DNA of 63,497 bases, filler included, from Lenisia limosa (lineage: Eukaryota > Protista > Breviatea), in assembly GCA_001655205.1 (NCBI GenBank). It is 7 parts of 7 records of this genome, joined end to end, with 100 filler letters (N's around TTAATTAATTAA, not from the genome) between each part and the next. Parts side by side here need not be neighbours in the genome. Positions count along the whole stretch, not along the records: positions 24,639 to 31,521 come from LPNZ01005717.1; positions 31,622 to 36,627 come from LPNZ01001593.1; positions 36,728 to 49,080 come from LPNZ01003294.1; 4 more parts are not named here. One strand, given 5' to 3'. Position numbers and translations under genes: made by a program. The notes under the pieces were generated by a model. The model was not told the origin of the DNA and did not search any database. It saw only the letters and a program-made list of their open reading frames with translations. Below are positions 25,844-36,849 of the stretch, one piece after another. The number at the start of each line of letters is the position of its first letter. Positions within the stretch are counted from its first letter, which is position 1.

Positions 25844-28800
25844 ATGACCTCATCCAACGAAGGCCCAGTCCCTCCGCTCGTCATCAGCAGCAGCATCAGC
25901 GAAGTTAATGACGAGGTTCCCGAGATTCGGACGCTGGCAGCCGTCCCCTCAACACCACCCCCTCAGTATCCCTCACCGCCCAACACCAACCCTCCAACGT
26001 ACCGTTTGGCGCCAACCCTCCATGTTGCGCCAGCCAACTCAGGTATGGCGTTTTTAGTGCTTCTGTCATGATTGTTGGCGTTGAGGAAGGGAAATGTCTC
26101 ACTATTGGTCTTGAATCTCATAGCAGGGCCTTCCTTCGGTTCAATAATCACCGCTATTCACCAAAACTGTTCTTGCTGGTGTGCTTTTTATCATTCTTTC
26201 TGATGCACACGGTAACTTAGCATGGCTACCCATTTTTCCATCGCGGACAGCCGAGGTCATCTGTGTTATGTTGTAACCCTCTTCCCACGATTCAGCCCTA
26301 CTGTGTTGTGCCTCCTCAGTGTAGTGCTTTGTTTTCTTCCCTCTTCCTCACAAACGTACTATTCAACCACTTCAACAAATATCTTTCTAACCTATTCTCT
26401 AATATCCTTCAATATGCTATTTTCAGTTCTCGGTTCCAAGTAGGTTAAACACGCCAAAAACCGGCCACCAGCGAAAACGGACTTAATTTCACTAAAACGG
26501 CGAGAATATTGCCACAGCATACCTTGATCCTCCCCCAGATTGTTTATTTTGTCGTTTTCACGCCCTCGTGTGTTTTGCAAATATTCAGTGTTGATTTTGG
26601 TGGTTTTTGCTCCAATCCTTGAGTTCGTAGTACCTTCGGCTCTTTTTTTTCTTTCTCTCCTTTTTTCATGAATTTTCCATTTACACTCCTAGATACTTGC
26701 TTGTGACATCATTTCTTCATCGGAATTTCCTTCACAGCCAACATAGTTGATTTTGAGCATTTTTTTTGTTTCATAAATTTTCCAATTTGTTGGAGGATAC
26801 GGTGCTTCAGAAGCGACTGGCCTGGGNNNNNNNNNNTTGGGCTCTTTTTGTTTCATACATTTTCCAATTAACCCCACCCCCCAGAGGCCTACATAGTCGA
26901 TGGGACTCCTGATGTGGAGATGGGGTCAAGCAACAGCAACGTGCAGCCGGGCCTTCTCGGGTCTTCACGCGGATTGGTGGGGGGGGGGGGNNNNNNNNNN
27001 NNNNNNNNNNNNNNNNNNNNNNNNNNNNNNNNNNNNNNNNNNNNNNNNNNNNNNNNNNNNNNNNNNNNNNNNNNNNNNNNNNNNNNNNNNNNNNNNNNNN
27101 NNNNNNNNNNGGCTTCTTGGCCCGGCACTGCGACCGGTTTGGGTCCAGGCTTCTTGGCCCGGCACTGCGACCGGTATGGCCCGGCACTGCGATCGGTTTG
27201 GTCGCAGGCTTCTTATTCCCTGTCCTCTAAGTCAAATTCCCTTGTCCTCTAAGTCAAATTCCCTTGTCCTCTCAGTCAAATTCTCTTGTCTTCTAAGTCA
27301 AATTCCCACTGTCCTCTTATGCACAGAATTGTAGGGCAAATGATTGGGTGAATCAATATAATACTATTGTCTAATATTTCTTAAAAGCGTAATTGTGTGG
27401 ACGGCTTCCGCCAAATACAACGTTTTTCATTTCTCTCTGCATATCTTCCCTTCCCTCTTACCCCCCTCAGCATCGGTCAGCCTCAACACCTTCAATGAGC
27501 TCCCCCATGAACTCCAACAGGTCACTTTCCTCATCGTCCAAGGTTGGGCTATGGGCTGGTCTAAAGAATGCGATATCTAAAGATCAGGCAAGACATTTTT
27601 GTTTTTACAGTTTCATTTTCCCATCCAGCCGGTTCCCCTTCTTCCAATTGAGACCCCGCCGCCGCTGGCCATTTCAAGCTCGCGATGGGTTGAAGACGGT
27701 CGCGGACCCCCCATGCTCAATGCTGCTGAGGAGGAAGAGGAGTTTACTGTGGGGGGGGGCTATTTTTGAATATCAACTCCATTTGTCCTTCCCTTTGGCT
27801 CCAAGAAAGACTGTCTTGATATATCCTCGATAAATACCCTTGATATAATATATCGGAGACAGTCTTATTTGAAGTTCATCTTTGAAAGACCAAAAGGAAG
27901 CGGCGCTCATTACTTCCCCATTTTGCCCATTTCTAGAAACTCAATTTTTGTTTTTCTCACTACAAAACCAAATGATATGATCGGTAGGAATTTCCAGTCA
28001 CTGTTCTTCCCTCACTCCACCATATTCAAATGACTTGTTAACGCTTCAGAGTAACGGCAGTTCCGCATTCGGTGGCTTTGCGTTCAGGTTGGTGTGGTTT
28101 GTATCTTGGCCGTGGAGTGCGGTGCTGCTGAAGCGATTGGCCTGGGCTTTGTTTATGTTGCTATTCTCAACCCTCGTGTGTTACAAGCCAACAGAGTTGA
28201 TTTTGTTTCACACATTTTCCAATTTTACCCCCTAGGCCACCCAACGCCAATGCCATTACATCAGCCAGAAAACACGTTCAGATCACTCAGCGTAACAAGT
28301 TCCTCACTTGTATCCGAGACCTGTCACATCAATACACCATGGGCTTTGCAATTGCCTTCATGGCAGCCCTTCTTATCTACTTCAAGCTCTCATTCACTCA
28401 GAACAACTGGTGTGACAATGTACGAGGGGCGGCAAACTGGGCTAGAGGAATATCAATCAACAGACTCGTCTTCCTCCACTTTTCTTTGATAGAAGACGTG
28501 ATAATTATTGAGAATTTATCGAGAATTTAGTCTTTTCTGAGAAGCTAAAGTGATGTGTTTCCATGATAAATGAGAGAATATTATCATTCAGCCGCTTTGT
28601 CCACGAATTCGTTTGTTTACTTTGTAGCTCTTTCCTGACGATCACATTTGGAGAACCCTGGATATTTTCTTCACTGCGGTGGGTGGTTTCGACCGTTTCT
28701 TGGTGTTTCTTCAAAGTTGCCTTTTTTTTATTATTTTTTTGAACTATCTTCATCAGCCAGCATTACTAACCCTGCCTCTAGTCTATGGTTTTTCCGAACG

Positions 28801-30411
28801 TGGTGCTTATTGTTTACCTGTTCTTCGGATACGATGAAGCAAGACGGCATTTCAAGTTCGTGGGGCTCCGAGGGGTTATTAGGTCACCAAATGGACAGTG
28901 GTTCATCTTAACCGCCTCTTTGGCAGTTGATCACTCACAACACAGACGAATGTTTTGGTTCACGCTCTTCTTCTTTGTGTTCTATACCTCGTCTTGGGCC
29001 ATCTTCCAAAAAACGGGTGAGAGGGGGGTACAGGAACATGTTACGTCATATTAGCATCAATGACTATTAATTTCATCATAAATAAAAGGGATTTTTGCTC
29101 GGATATATTAATCCAAGTTCAATTTGGTGTTCCACGTCAGTCACAACTGTTACATATATTAGGGCTTCCCTGCGGTCCGAAAAAGACTGTCAAAAACTCG
29201 ATATTTTTCGAGGATGTATCGGGAAATTCAGTCTTTATTGGACCGTAGGGAACCCCTAGTTACATAATATCTTGACAGAATATTTTGAGAATTAGTGTGG
29301 CTCTTCAGGGCTCTGCGCAATTTTTTGGGAGATCCATTTATATTTTTGAAGGACTCCATTCCAGACACTTTAATTCAAATTTTGTCTTATCTTTCAGCAT
29401 TGTGTCTTATCTTTCAACATTGTGTCTTATTCTCCGCGCATTGAAGAAAGACTTCTTCTATCTTGGTCATTGTTTGATTATATAGGGAAAAAGTCCCCAA
29501 TGAACAACCCAGTTATCCTTGCTGCTGCAGTGACCTTTTCATGTGGGTGTTTCAGGTTGATCAAAGCAAGCAATAATGACAAAACAATTACCCTGGAAAT
29601 GACCGATATCGTGATATAGGGGGGGGGGTGAACCCACAAATGGACATTTCAACGTATAGACTATGTCATACAGTATTGGCCATGATAGTTGATATAGCTG
29701 CGGTTCTGTTGAAGGCTTAGTCAAAACGTCTTCTCCCTTCACAGCAAGGATAACTTTTAACACAAGGAGCACTGGTTTGACGTTTACTAACTCTGTAGAT
29801 TACACAGCAAAGAGTATCAGGAAGCGAATCACGTCGCCCCGACTTTCATCGCTTCTGGTGCTGGCCTATACATCAAGTGGGATGGGATTGATGATTGGGA
29901 TAGGGTGATGATTAAGGTCTGACTTCTGTTCCCGCTTGTTTTATTTTCCAGGTGTGTTCCTGGGTGCATTCTTCAACTACGTCATGCCTCCCCTTTGGAA
30001 CTCGTCTACCAATACACAGAGAACTTTCATCAGAAGTTTCATCCATCCCATTGTAACTGTAGGTTACTCTCCTTTTCATTACTATCGCAATTATTGGGAT
30101 TTTGAGTTTCATCCCTGACCGTAACTCTTTGCATTTTCCGAACTTTGCACAATAATATCACTTCATATCCTTTAGTTTTATAAAGTACAGGTACCAAAAA
30201 AAGTATATCGATATATATACCCAGAAGCGACTGGCCTGGGCTTTTTTTTGTTGTTATCAACCCTCGTGTGTAAGCCAACAGAGTTGATTTGGGTTTTTTT
30301 GTTTCATAATTCTAATTTTTACTCCTCCCGCCCCCTTTTTAGGCCGCGCCAGTGCCGGTTTCAATACCCAAAACAACGATGGTGGAAGGAGAAGTGGACG
30401 ATTTCGATTAA
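25844..30411 (+). CDS. Unknown multi-pass membrane protein with a Pro/Ser-rich N-terminus
   Basis: Phase-consistent exons MTSSNEGPVPPLVISSS..., HRSASTPSMSSPMNSNRSLSSSSK|PVPLLPIETPPP...EEEEEFT|SNGSSAFGGFAFR|PPNANAITSARKH...MGFAIAFMAALLIYFKLSF..., MVFPNVVLIVYLFFGY...RMFWFTLFFFVFYTSSWAIFQKT, VFLGAFFNYVMPPLWNSS...FIHPI. The last exon is tentative. Confidence 0.7.
26735..26884 (+). repeat. Two R1 units head-to-tail, ending at an AG acceptor
   Basis: Tail CAGCCAACATAGTTGATTTT...TTTCATAAATTTTCCAATTT abuts head GGATACGGTGCTTCAGAAGCGACTGGCCTGGG, whose tail ends CCCCACCCCCCAG|AGGCC. Confidence 0.85.
27111..27215 (+). repeat. GC-rich 37-nt minisatellite (left part in a gap)
   Basis: Unit GGCTTCTTGGCCCGGCACTGCGACCGGTTTGGGTCCA; the period is not a multiple of 3 and it lies inside intron 26977-27470. 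Confidence 0.85.
27217..27318 (+). repeat. 22-nt tandem repeat, about 5 units
   Basis: TCCCTTGTCCTCTAAGTCAAAT repeated with 1-3 substitutions. Confidence 0.9.
28113..28235 (+). repeat. R1 copy forming most of the 148-nt intron 28088-28235 and its acceptor
   Basis: CAG|GTTGGTG...GGAGTGCGGTGCTGCTGAAGCGATTGGCCTGGGCTTTGTTT...CAACCCTCGTGTG...GCCAACAGAGTTGATTTTGTTTC...TTTTCCAATTTTACCCCCTAG|GCC. Splicing restores the frame GGFAFR-PPNANA. Confidence 0.9.
29162..29256. mobile_element. R2 MITE with TA target-site duplication
   Basis: TA-GGGCTTCCCTGCGGTCCGAAAAAGACTG...CAGTCTTTATTGGACCGTAGGGAACCCC-TA; ~28-bp imperfect TIR. Confidence 0.88.
30222..30342 (+). repeat. R1 copy ending at an acceptor
   Basis: CAGAAGCGACTGGCCTGGGC...TTATCAACCCTCGTGTGTAAGCCAACAGAGTTGATTTGGG...TTTTACTCCTCCCGCCCCCTTTTTAG|GCC. 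Confidence 0.9.
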
Positions 30412-30664
30412 CTGTAAAACATCTTATTTGTATACTATGCCAAGGAAACTGCTAAGAATTTTGAAATACAATTTCTTTTATGTGTGTAAAGCAAAAAGTC
30501 ATATGCATATGATATGAATGTAGAAATGAGGAATAATAATGCGAGTCTAGCCGAAGCCGTCCTTTGTATAACCATTGGACCTTTAAATTGAAATATATTA
30601 TAGAAATAAAGAAAGGAAACTGCTGTGCTCCACACAACTGAACAATAGAAAATAGAGTAACATC

Positions 30665-31376
30665 CTAATAAGGGAGTTGTTGGAAAGTAGATGCGGTCAT
30701 CCTGGGAGACTGTTGGCGATAGAAAGCAGGTGGGAGGTGCTGCTGGGGGTGATACATCTGAGATGTTAATGTAGAAATGAGAAATGATAAAGGGAGTCAG
30801 AGATATTGATTATAGTATAGTTTTAATGCTGGCAATTGCAAAAGTAAGTTCACAAAAATCCTATTTTTAGGTAAAGTCTTATGAATATGACAATGATGTG
30901 CAAGAGAAATATGGCTATTTATTTGCAAAAAGTAGGTTCCTGGTCAATAAATTCTCCATCGTGGCAATAGTGTTGTGAAATTTTATTATTATAATACTGA
31001 TGACAATATGAGCAAATAATAAAAAATAGCCATTATTTTTCAAGACAACTTTAACTCACGAACAAATTATTTGAGTAATTTTTCCTAAGAAAAACACCAA
31101 AGATATTTGAGACTTTTCCTTTTCATACTTGGTTATGCGGAGGAGGGTGGTTGTGATGGTGGTGAGGGGGCGGCCCATGGTGGTTGGGAGGTCCTTGGTG
31201 TTGATGATGAGGGACAGGGGAGTAGGCTCCTGAAGAATGAGGAAAAGATTTGTATGCCTTTTAAGGAATACTAAGGTAACAGATGCAAATGTAGACAGGT
31301 CCAGTTCCTCACAAACCAGAAGGAGAAATGGAAGCAACTGGAAGGGGGCGGGGTGGTTCAGTTGAAGTGCCCTTCT
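30665..31376 (-). CDS. Last exons of a gene with a His/Pro/Gln-rich low-complexity C-terminus
   Basis: Exons 31229-31129 (AYSPVPHHQHQGPPNHHGPPPHHHHNHPPPHNQ) and 30757-30665 (MYHPQQHLPPAFYRQQSPRMTASTFQQLPY-TAG) join in phase. The upstream part lies beyond the linker at 31522-31621. Confidence 0.65.
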
Positions 31377-31621
31377 ATATATAGTGATCTCAAGAACGGA
31401 GGGAGTATAACAACATGAGTGCCTCTCTTATGTCCAAAATTAATAAAAAAGCTTTTACCGGTCTTTTTCGGACTGTACTGTCCATATGAATCTGTCACTG
31501 ATGAAAGACCCCCCCCCCCCCNNNNNNNNNNNNNNNNNNNNNNNNNNNNNNNNNNNNNNNNNNNNTTAATTAATTAANNNNNNNNNNNNNNNNNNNNNNN
31601 NNNNNNNNNNNNNNNNNNNNN

Positions 31622-31733
31622 AGGGGGGTAAATCGAAAACATAAACAACAAATAAAGCTCAAAATCAACTCTGTTGATTGAAACACACGAGGGATGAAAA
31701 CACAAAAAAAGCCCGCTTCTTCAGCACTGCATC
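31622..31733 (-). repeat. R1 copy, minus strand (same strand as the adjacent ASH-repeat exons)
   Basis: Reverse complement reads GATGCAGTGCTGAAGAAGCGGGC...CATCCCTCGTGTG...CAACAGAGTTGATTTTGAGC...TTTACCCCCCT. Confidence 0.8.
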
Positions 31734-31789
31734 TATAATTGCCTCTTTAAAAAGCATATTATCATGACAATTAAACAAGACTCTATCCC

Positions 31790-34700
31790 TACCTTGAGAG
31801 AAGGTGGAATGAGACGTGTTGCCGTTCTTCTCTTTTCGACCGCCTGTGCAGGGTAAGACACAATAATAATGTAAGTAGTTCACTCCTAACACTGAAATGG
31901 TTTTCGTGATTGCAATAACACAAAAGTAGCTGTAAACAATTTAAAGCAATTAGGATGGCAAATTACCCATCCCCCCACATTATGTACTTTCAAGCCAGAA
32001 ACAAGACGAGTCGTTTGTCGTCTCAAAATATCCCATCCTAGAGTGTGAGAAAAGCTGCCGAAAGGCATGAAAAATAAAATAAATATATAAATATATAAAC
32101 GAATAAAAAAGAGCTTTCTTTCAAAAACGGCTCTGACACTTACCGTGTACAAAGTAGAGCACAGGAGCTTGCTTCGAGGGGGCCAGAGCCATTTCACCAG
32201 CGTAAGAAAGCTAGTAGGGAGTGAGAAGAGGATTATACTACACAATCAATATTTCATTTGATATTCACATTCCAATGCACTTCTCAATTAAACAATACGC
32301 TATGAACTATAAAGTCTGGCATAGAGAAAAACAAGACCTTACCTTTAGGTCGAAACCCTGCTCCTTAGACGTGTATAATGTTCGCATAAGAGCAACGGGA
32401 TTGGATGATGAATTTGACACGAACACCTCACTCCATGCAGTTACTCCAGGACGACCAGCGCCGAAGGAGAGCTGAGGGAGGGGGGTGGTGAGGTAAAGTT
32501 GGATAATTGTTTTTTGAAACAGAACCCAAAATCAACTCCGTTGGTTCAACATTTGATGGGGGAAAAGGGATGTTTAAGACCTAATTTGGCTGTGCCCCTG
32601 AAAGAAACGCCCACCTCTCTTCCGAGTGGTACGTCCATTGAAAGTGTGATCGCACTTGCAACTAGGTTGATAGTTGCCGTCTTACTAGCACACGTGAGGT
32701 ACACTCTCAACGTGCGTTGGAACACCCCCGCTCGGGTTGGAGTGAAGACTATCGACAGTGCCACGGATTCCTATGGATTATCAAGACAACTTCAACTGGT
32801 GGGAAGTGAGTGGAATAATACTATGTCGAAATTACAAATAAATTTTAACAAAGTCCACATCATAAAGCTTGTTAGAGATATTAGACTGTGGTATTATATT
32901 AATTCACATAACAATGTAGCAAAACAACAAAGCAGCGCTAAAGCCATCCGTACATTGGGAGGGATGGTGCAGTTAGCTGGTGAAACAATCCAAGGGTTTC
33001 CATCAAGAGCCGCGAGAGCAGTCGGGATTTTAGAGGGATTTCTAATGCGAATTGAGTATGAGGCACTGGAGTTGACAGGAACGGGTCCGAAATTGATCGT
33101 TTCTGTTGGGATACCTAATGTGGTAAGCGGATATACCATATTTGGTAGTTGGAATAAATAACTGCCATCAAAAAACATGATATGAAGTGACAACCTTCAA
33201 TTGCTCCATGGCCATGTTGGCCAGTGACTTGCACCCTAAATGCTTGGTAGGACTGTGGGGCTGGCGAGCCGTCAGTCAGTAGCAGGTTATACTGGTACGG
33301 TTAAGGCAATGTCAGACGAAGTTATACATAGTATTTACTCATACTTAAGAAAAGGCCGGGTGCAGGGTATAAAGTTAAGACAAGGTGATGAGAAGTAGGG
33401 CTTCACTTCGGTTCAAAAAAAGACTGAATTTCTCGATAAATCTTCGAAAACTCGATATTTTAGCGGTCTTTTTCAAACAGAAGTGAAACCCTAATGAGAA
33501 GGCTATAATGCCAAGTAGACCTGCTTTGTGGGAGAAAATTGAGGGTTATTAGTGAATGGTGCTATGTACGTGGATGAATAATATAATATATAATGAAAAT
33601 CATTTTAGCTGATTGAGCTTGAATAAATATGCTTGCACCTTGCCAAAGCCGTCCATAAAGATTACAGCAACCACATGAACCACGATGGCTTCCATTAGCT
33701 TACTCCCTTTCCCTTCAAACAACCTGCATGGCAACTCCACATCTGAACGTCGTGGCCACCTCCGTGACAAGGTTAATGGTTACGGATGCCGTTCCTCCGG
33801 GGGGTATTGTGGCCTGAGATTGCCCGGTCAGTTCGAACGCTGCCTGTTGGGGGGGAGGAGGGTGAAATAAGGAAGATGGGTGAATGTGCCTTTTGTATAC
33901 AAATGTTACCCCAAAATGTAGAATTTAATAACCGTTGTTAGCATGGTTTCTACAGATCAATCCGCTGCTTACAATGTGTGCGGCCGACTCGCCGACGAGT
34001 GTAGGGCTCCAGTTGATAGGGTGAGGGCTGAGGTTGCGGACATTTAGTTCGAAGGACTTACGCTCGAGTAGAGACTTCAGCTGGTCAAACTCAGAGCTGG
34101 AAGGGGGAATTATTGCGTATATTTGATAATATAATCATTGTCTGGAAGACTGCTTTGCATTGATAGTTTCAAAAAAAAAGAAACTCATGTTTCTAAAAAG
34201 TGACAAATGATGATACTAGTTTAAGAGGTAATGAGTTAATACCATTTACTCTCCAGACATATGCAGATAAGCAGAAAGCAAGGAAATTCCCACAAACTGG
34301 ATCTTGGTATGCGAGAAGAGATTGACAGACAAGTCCTGCATTGAAGGCGACACGGAGACAAGACCTTCCGGCCTCCATCCCTTCACCTCCACCGCGCGCG
34401 AGAATTCATCAATTTCACTGACCAATGTGATGAAACCCTGTGCGGCGTGAATCAAAACAAGATAAGGTACATATCGGGGAGTATAGTGTGTTAAATGGCA
34501 ACGTTATGCTACGTTTACATAAATATAAATATTATGCTTTGTTATAGCTCAGAGAGATTTTAATGCTCTAATCACGTTAGGAAGCGCGTTGAAATAATCC
34601 GCGCCGAAATGATGACATGAGTGGTAATGACACAATACATATCGCTAAATCAAATACTACCACCCACCTGTACGACGTCATGAACATGCTCGGGACTCGA

Positions 34701-36545
34701 GTGGATCACATGGAGATTCTGCGAAGACCCCGGCTCCAAGTCAAACACCATTGGTTTGACAACAAAGCCTCGAGACGTCAGCACTCGCAACTTCTCGTAG
34801 TCTCCACCTGATGAAAGGTGAAACGGAATCATATATAGCAATGAGAAATAAACAATAGGGTAAAATCTGTCCAAAGTCATCCACAACATCACGTATCTAA
34901 GAGATATTGGATTATAGTGTAATAAAATTCACTCAGTCATTTGCCTTGATATAACTGTCCAAAAAAGGGAAATACATGAAAATAATCATCAAAATCCATC
35001 CCCTCTGAAATGACTCCAAAGTAAATATCGCATGAATGTTAGAAATTCATATAGATTTATCTTTGAAAATCACCCCACTGATGGGATTGGAGACGGTGAG
35101 CTGAGCATTGACAGCCTGGGGTACGAGGCTCATGAGCGGCACGGGATAGTTCATCTCGAGAAGACCTGGGGACACGTGGAAGCGGGAGAGGGCAGCCTGT
35201 TGCGGGGAGATCCGCGAGTAGACCCCGGCCTTCTTTGCTGCTTTTCCGGCTACTTCATTGACCTCGAGGATACTCGGTAGCGACGCAGTCTGAGAGGGGG
35301 GGGGATAAAATTGCTAAACTTGGAAAATTTATGAAACAAAAAAAAGCCCAAGATAAACTCTGTTGGCTGACAACACGAGGGTTGATAACAACAGAACAAA
35401 CAAAGTCCAGNNNNNNNNNNNNNNNNNNNNNNNNNNNNNNNNNNNNNNNNNNNNNNNNNNNNNNNNNNNNNNNNNNNNNNNNNNNNNNNNNNNNNNNNNN
35501 NGAACAGAAGCAGCGAAATATTACGACAATTAGCCCCCAACCGAAGACTCGGAAAGCCACTTTGAGAGGCGATCAAGCCGGTTCACTGACCTCAGCCCAG
35601 TCGGCACCTTCGACGTCGAATCTGATGAGGTCAGGAGGGGCGGTGCTAATGAAGGGACGAGACGTATAGTGAAGACTGGTATTAATAAATGTTGCTAAAA
35701 GATGATGTTAAATGCGAAGACCGGTCATTTAAGCAATCAAAACATGTCGATTTCAAACTACATTCTTTTTAAGATCTAATAAAGCATGATCCCCTCTTGA
35801 ACCCCATCACCGGTGTGCACATCATTGTCCCTCTGGACCTCCTGAATCTTCTCCAGCGCCTCTGGTCCTACTTGTTCGGCTGTCATGTTTTGGAGCTTTC
35901 TGGGAGGGGGTGAAAAGCTATAACTTCTTCACCCATTAGGAAAACATTTGGGTAAGTGTACGAAAAAGCAGATATATGTTATAGGTAATATAAAATGGAG
36001 TTATAATAGAGCAAAACAAAGGGGTGTAATGTAATCGACAGTAAGTGACCATTGCCAACCTCAATCTCCCAACACTAGCAGAGGTATTGACTGCATTGAT
36101 ACACGTGCAGATGAGTGTAATGTCTCCGAGAGCACTTGCAGGAATCTGGAACTGTTATGGAATATAGCAGGAAGAGTCTGTACAAACAAAAATATAAATT
36201 CAGAAAGAGCTAGTATACACGTATGTTACATAGGTATTGGTCGCTACCAATAAAAAAGGTGAAAACATTTCTAGAACCAAGAGATATACCATCCTGCCCC
36301 CCCCCCTCCCACAATCCGCTGCCAAGGCTCAGCAACTTCCACAGCTAGGGTGGCCTCAACGACACCTAAATTCGTAAACACTCGCGGGAGGAAACGTCCG
36401 TTTACAGCACAGTACGAACTAATTTGAATATACCACCCAGATAGTTTGGCGCATGCTTACGTACTGACTGATTTCCCTAGTCTTCAAAACGGCTATGTTA
36501 TATTTTATCCAGAGGTACCCCATGAAGTCAGGGATACTGAATAAT
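31790..36545 (-). CDS. Internal exons of a large ASH/PapD-like Ig-repeat protein (HYDIN/CFAP47/CFAP65/CFAP74/DLEC1-like ciliary family); both ends missing
   Basis: Exons RGFVVKPMVFDLEPGSSQNLHVIHS, AAFELTGQSQATIPPGGTASVTINL, GIPTETINFGPVPVNSSASYSIRIRNPSKIP...WIVSPANCTIPPN|ESVALSIVFTPTRAGVFQRTLRVYLT show repeated (I/L)xFGxVxV, PxxGxIxPG and VxFxPxxxG motifs of ASH domains. Confidence 0.7.
33398..33491. mobile_element. R2 MITE with TA target-site duplication
   Basis: TA-GGGCTTCACTTCGGTTCAAAAAAAGAC...GTCTTTTTCAAACAGAAGTGAAACCC-TA. Confidence 0.88.
35290..35410 (-). repeat. R1 copy ending at the acceptor of a minus-strand intron
   Basis: Reverse complement: CTGGACTTTGTTTGTTCTGTTGTTATCAACCCTCGTGTTGTCAGCCAACAGAG...TTTCATAAATTTTCCAAG...TTTTATCCCCCCCCCTCTCAG|ACTGCG. 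Confidence 0.9.
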
Positions 36546-36727
36546 AATGTGATAGGTGAAGAAAAATATCTGAGAGAGAAAAAAAAAATATACTATATGT
36601 ATGTAATTATATATATATATATATTATNNNNNNNNNNNNNNNNNNNNNNNNNNNNNNNNNNNNNNNNNNNNTTAATTAATTAANNNNNNNNNNNNNNNNN
36701 NNNNNNNNNNNNNNNNNNNNNNNNNNN

Positions 36728-36792
36728 GAAGGGACATGAAAAAGGGATATGGAAGGGACATGAAAAAGGGATATGGAAGGGACATGATATGG
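36728..36792 (+). repeat. ~24-nt tandem repeat at the contig end
   Basis: GAAGGGACATGAAAAAGGGATATG, about 2.5 units. Confidence 0.85.
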
Positions 36793-36849
36793 GAGAGGGC
36801 TTTGCTGAGTGCACAGTTTTATAAAAATCACACTGTGATTATTGCTGTC

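Noticed and set aside
36480-36545. Exon IPDFMGYLWIKYNIAVLKTREIS as the continuation of the TUTase across the linker (a TUTase-HYDIN fusion)
   Set aside because: It only weakly resembles the TUTase N..A..NT..(I/L)..Y motif, lies across an artificial join, and no PAP-associated domain follows. A fusion cannot be supported.
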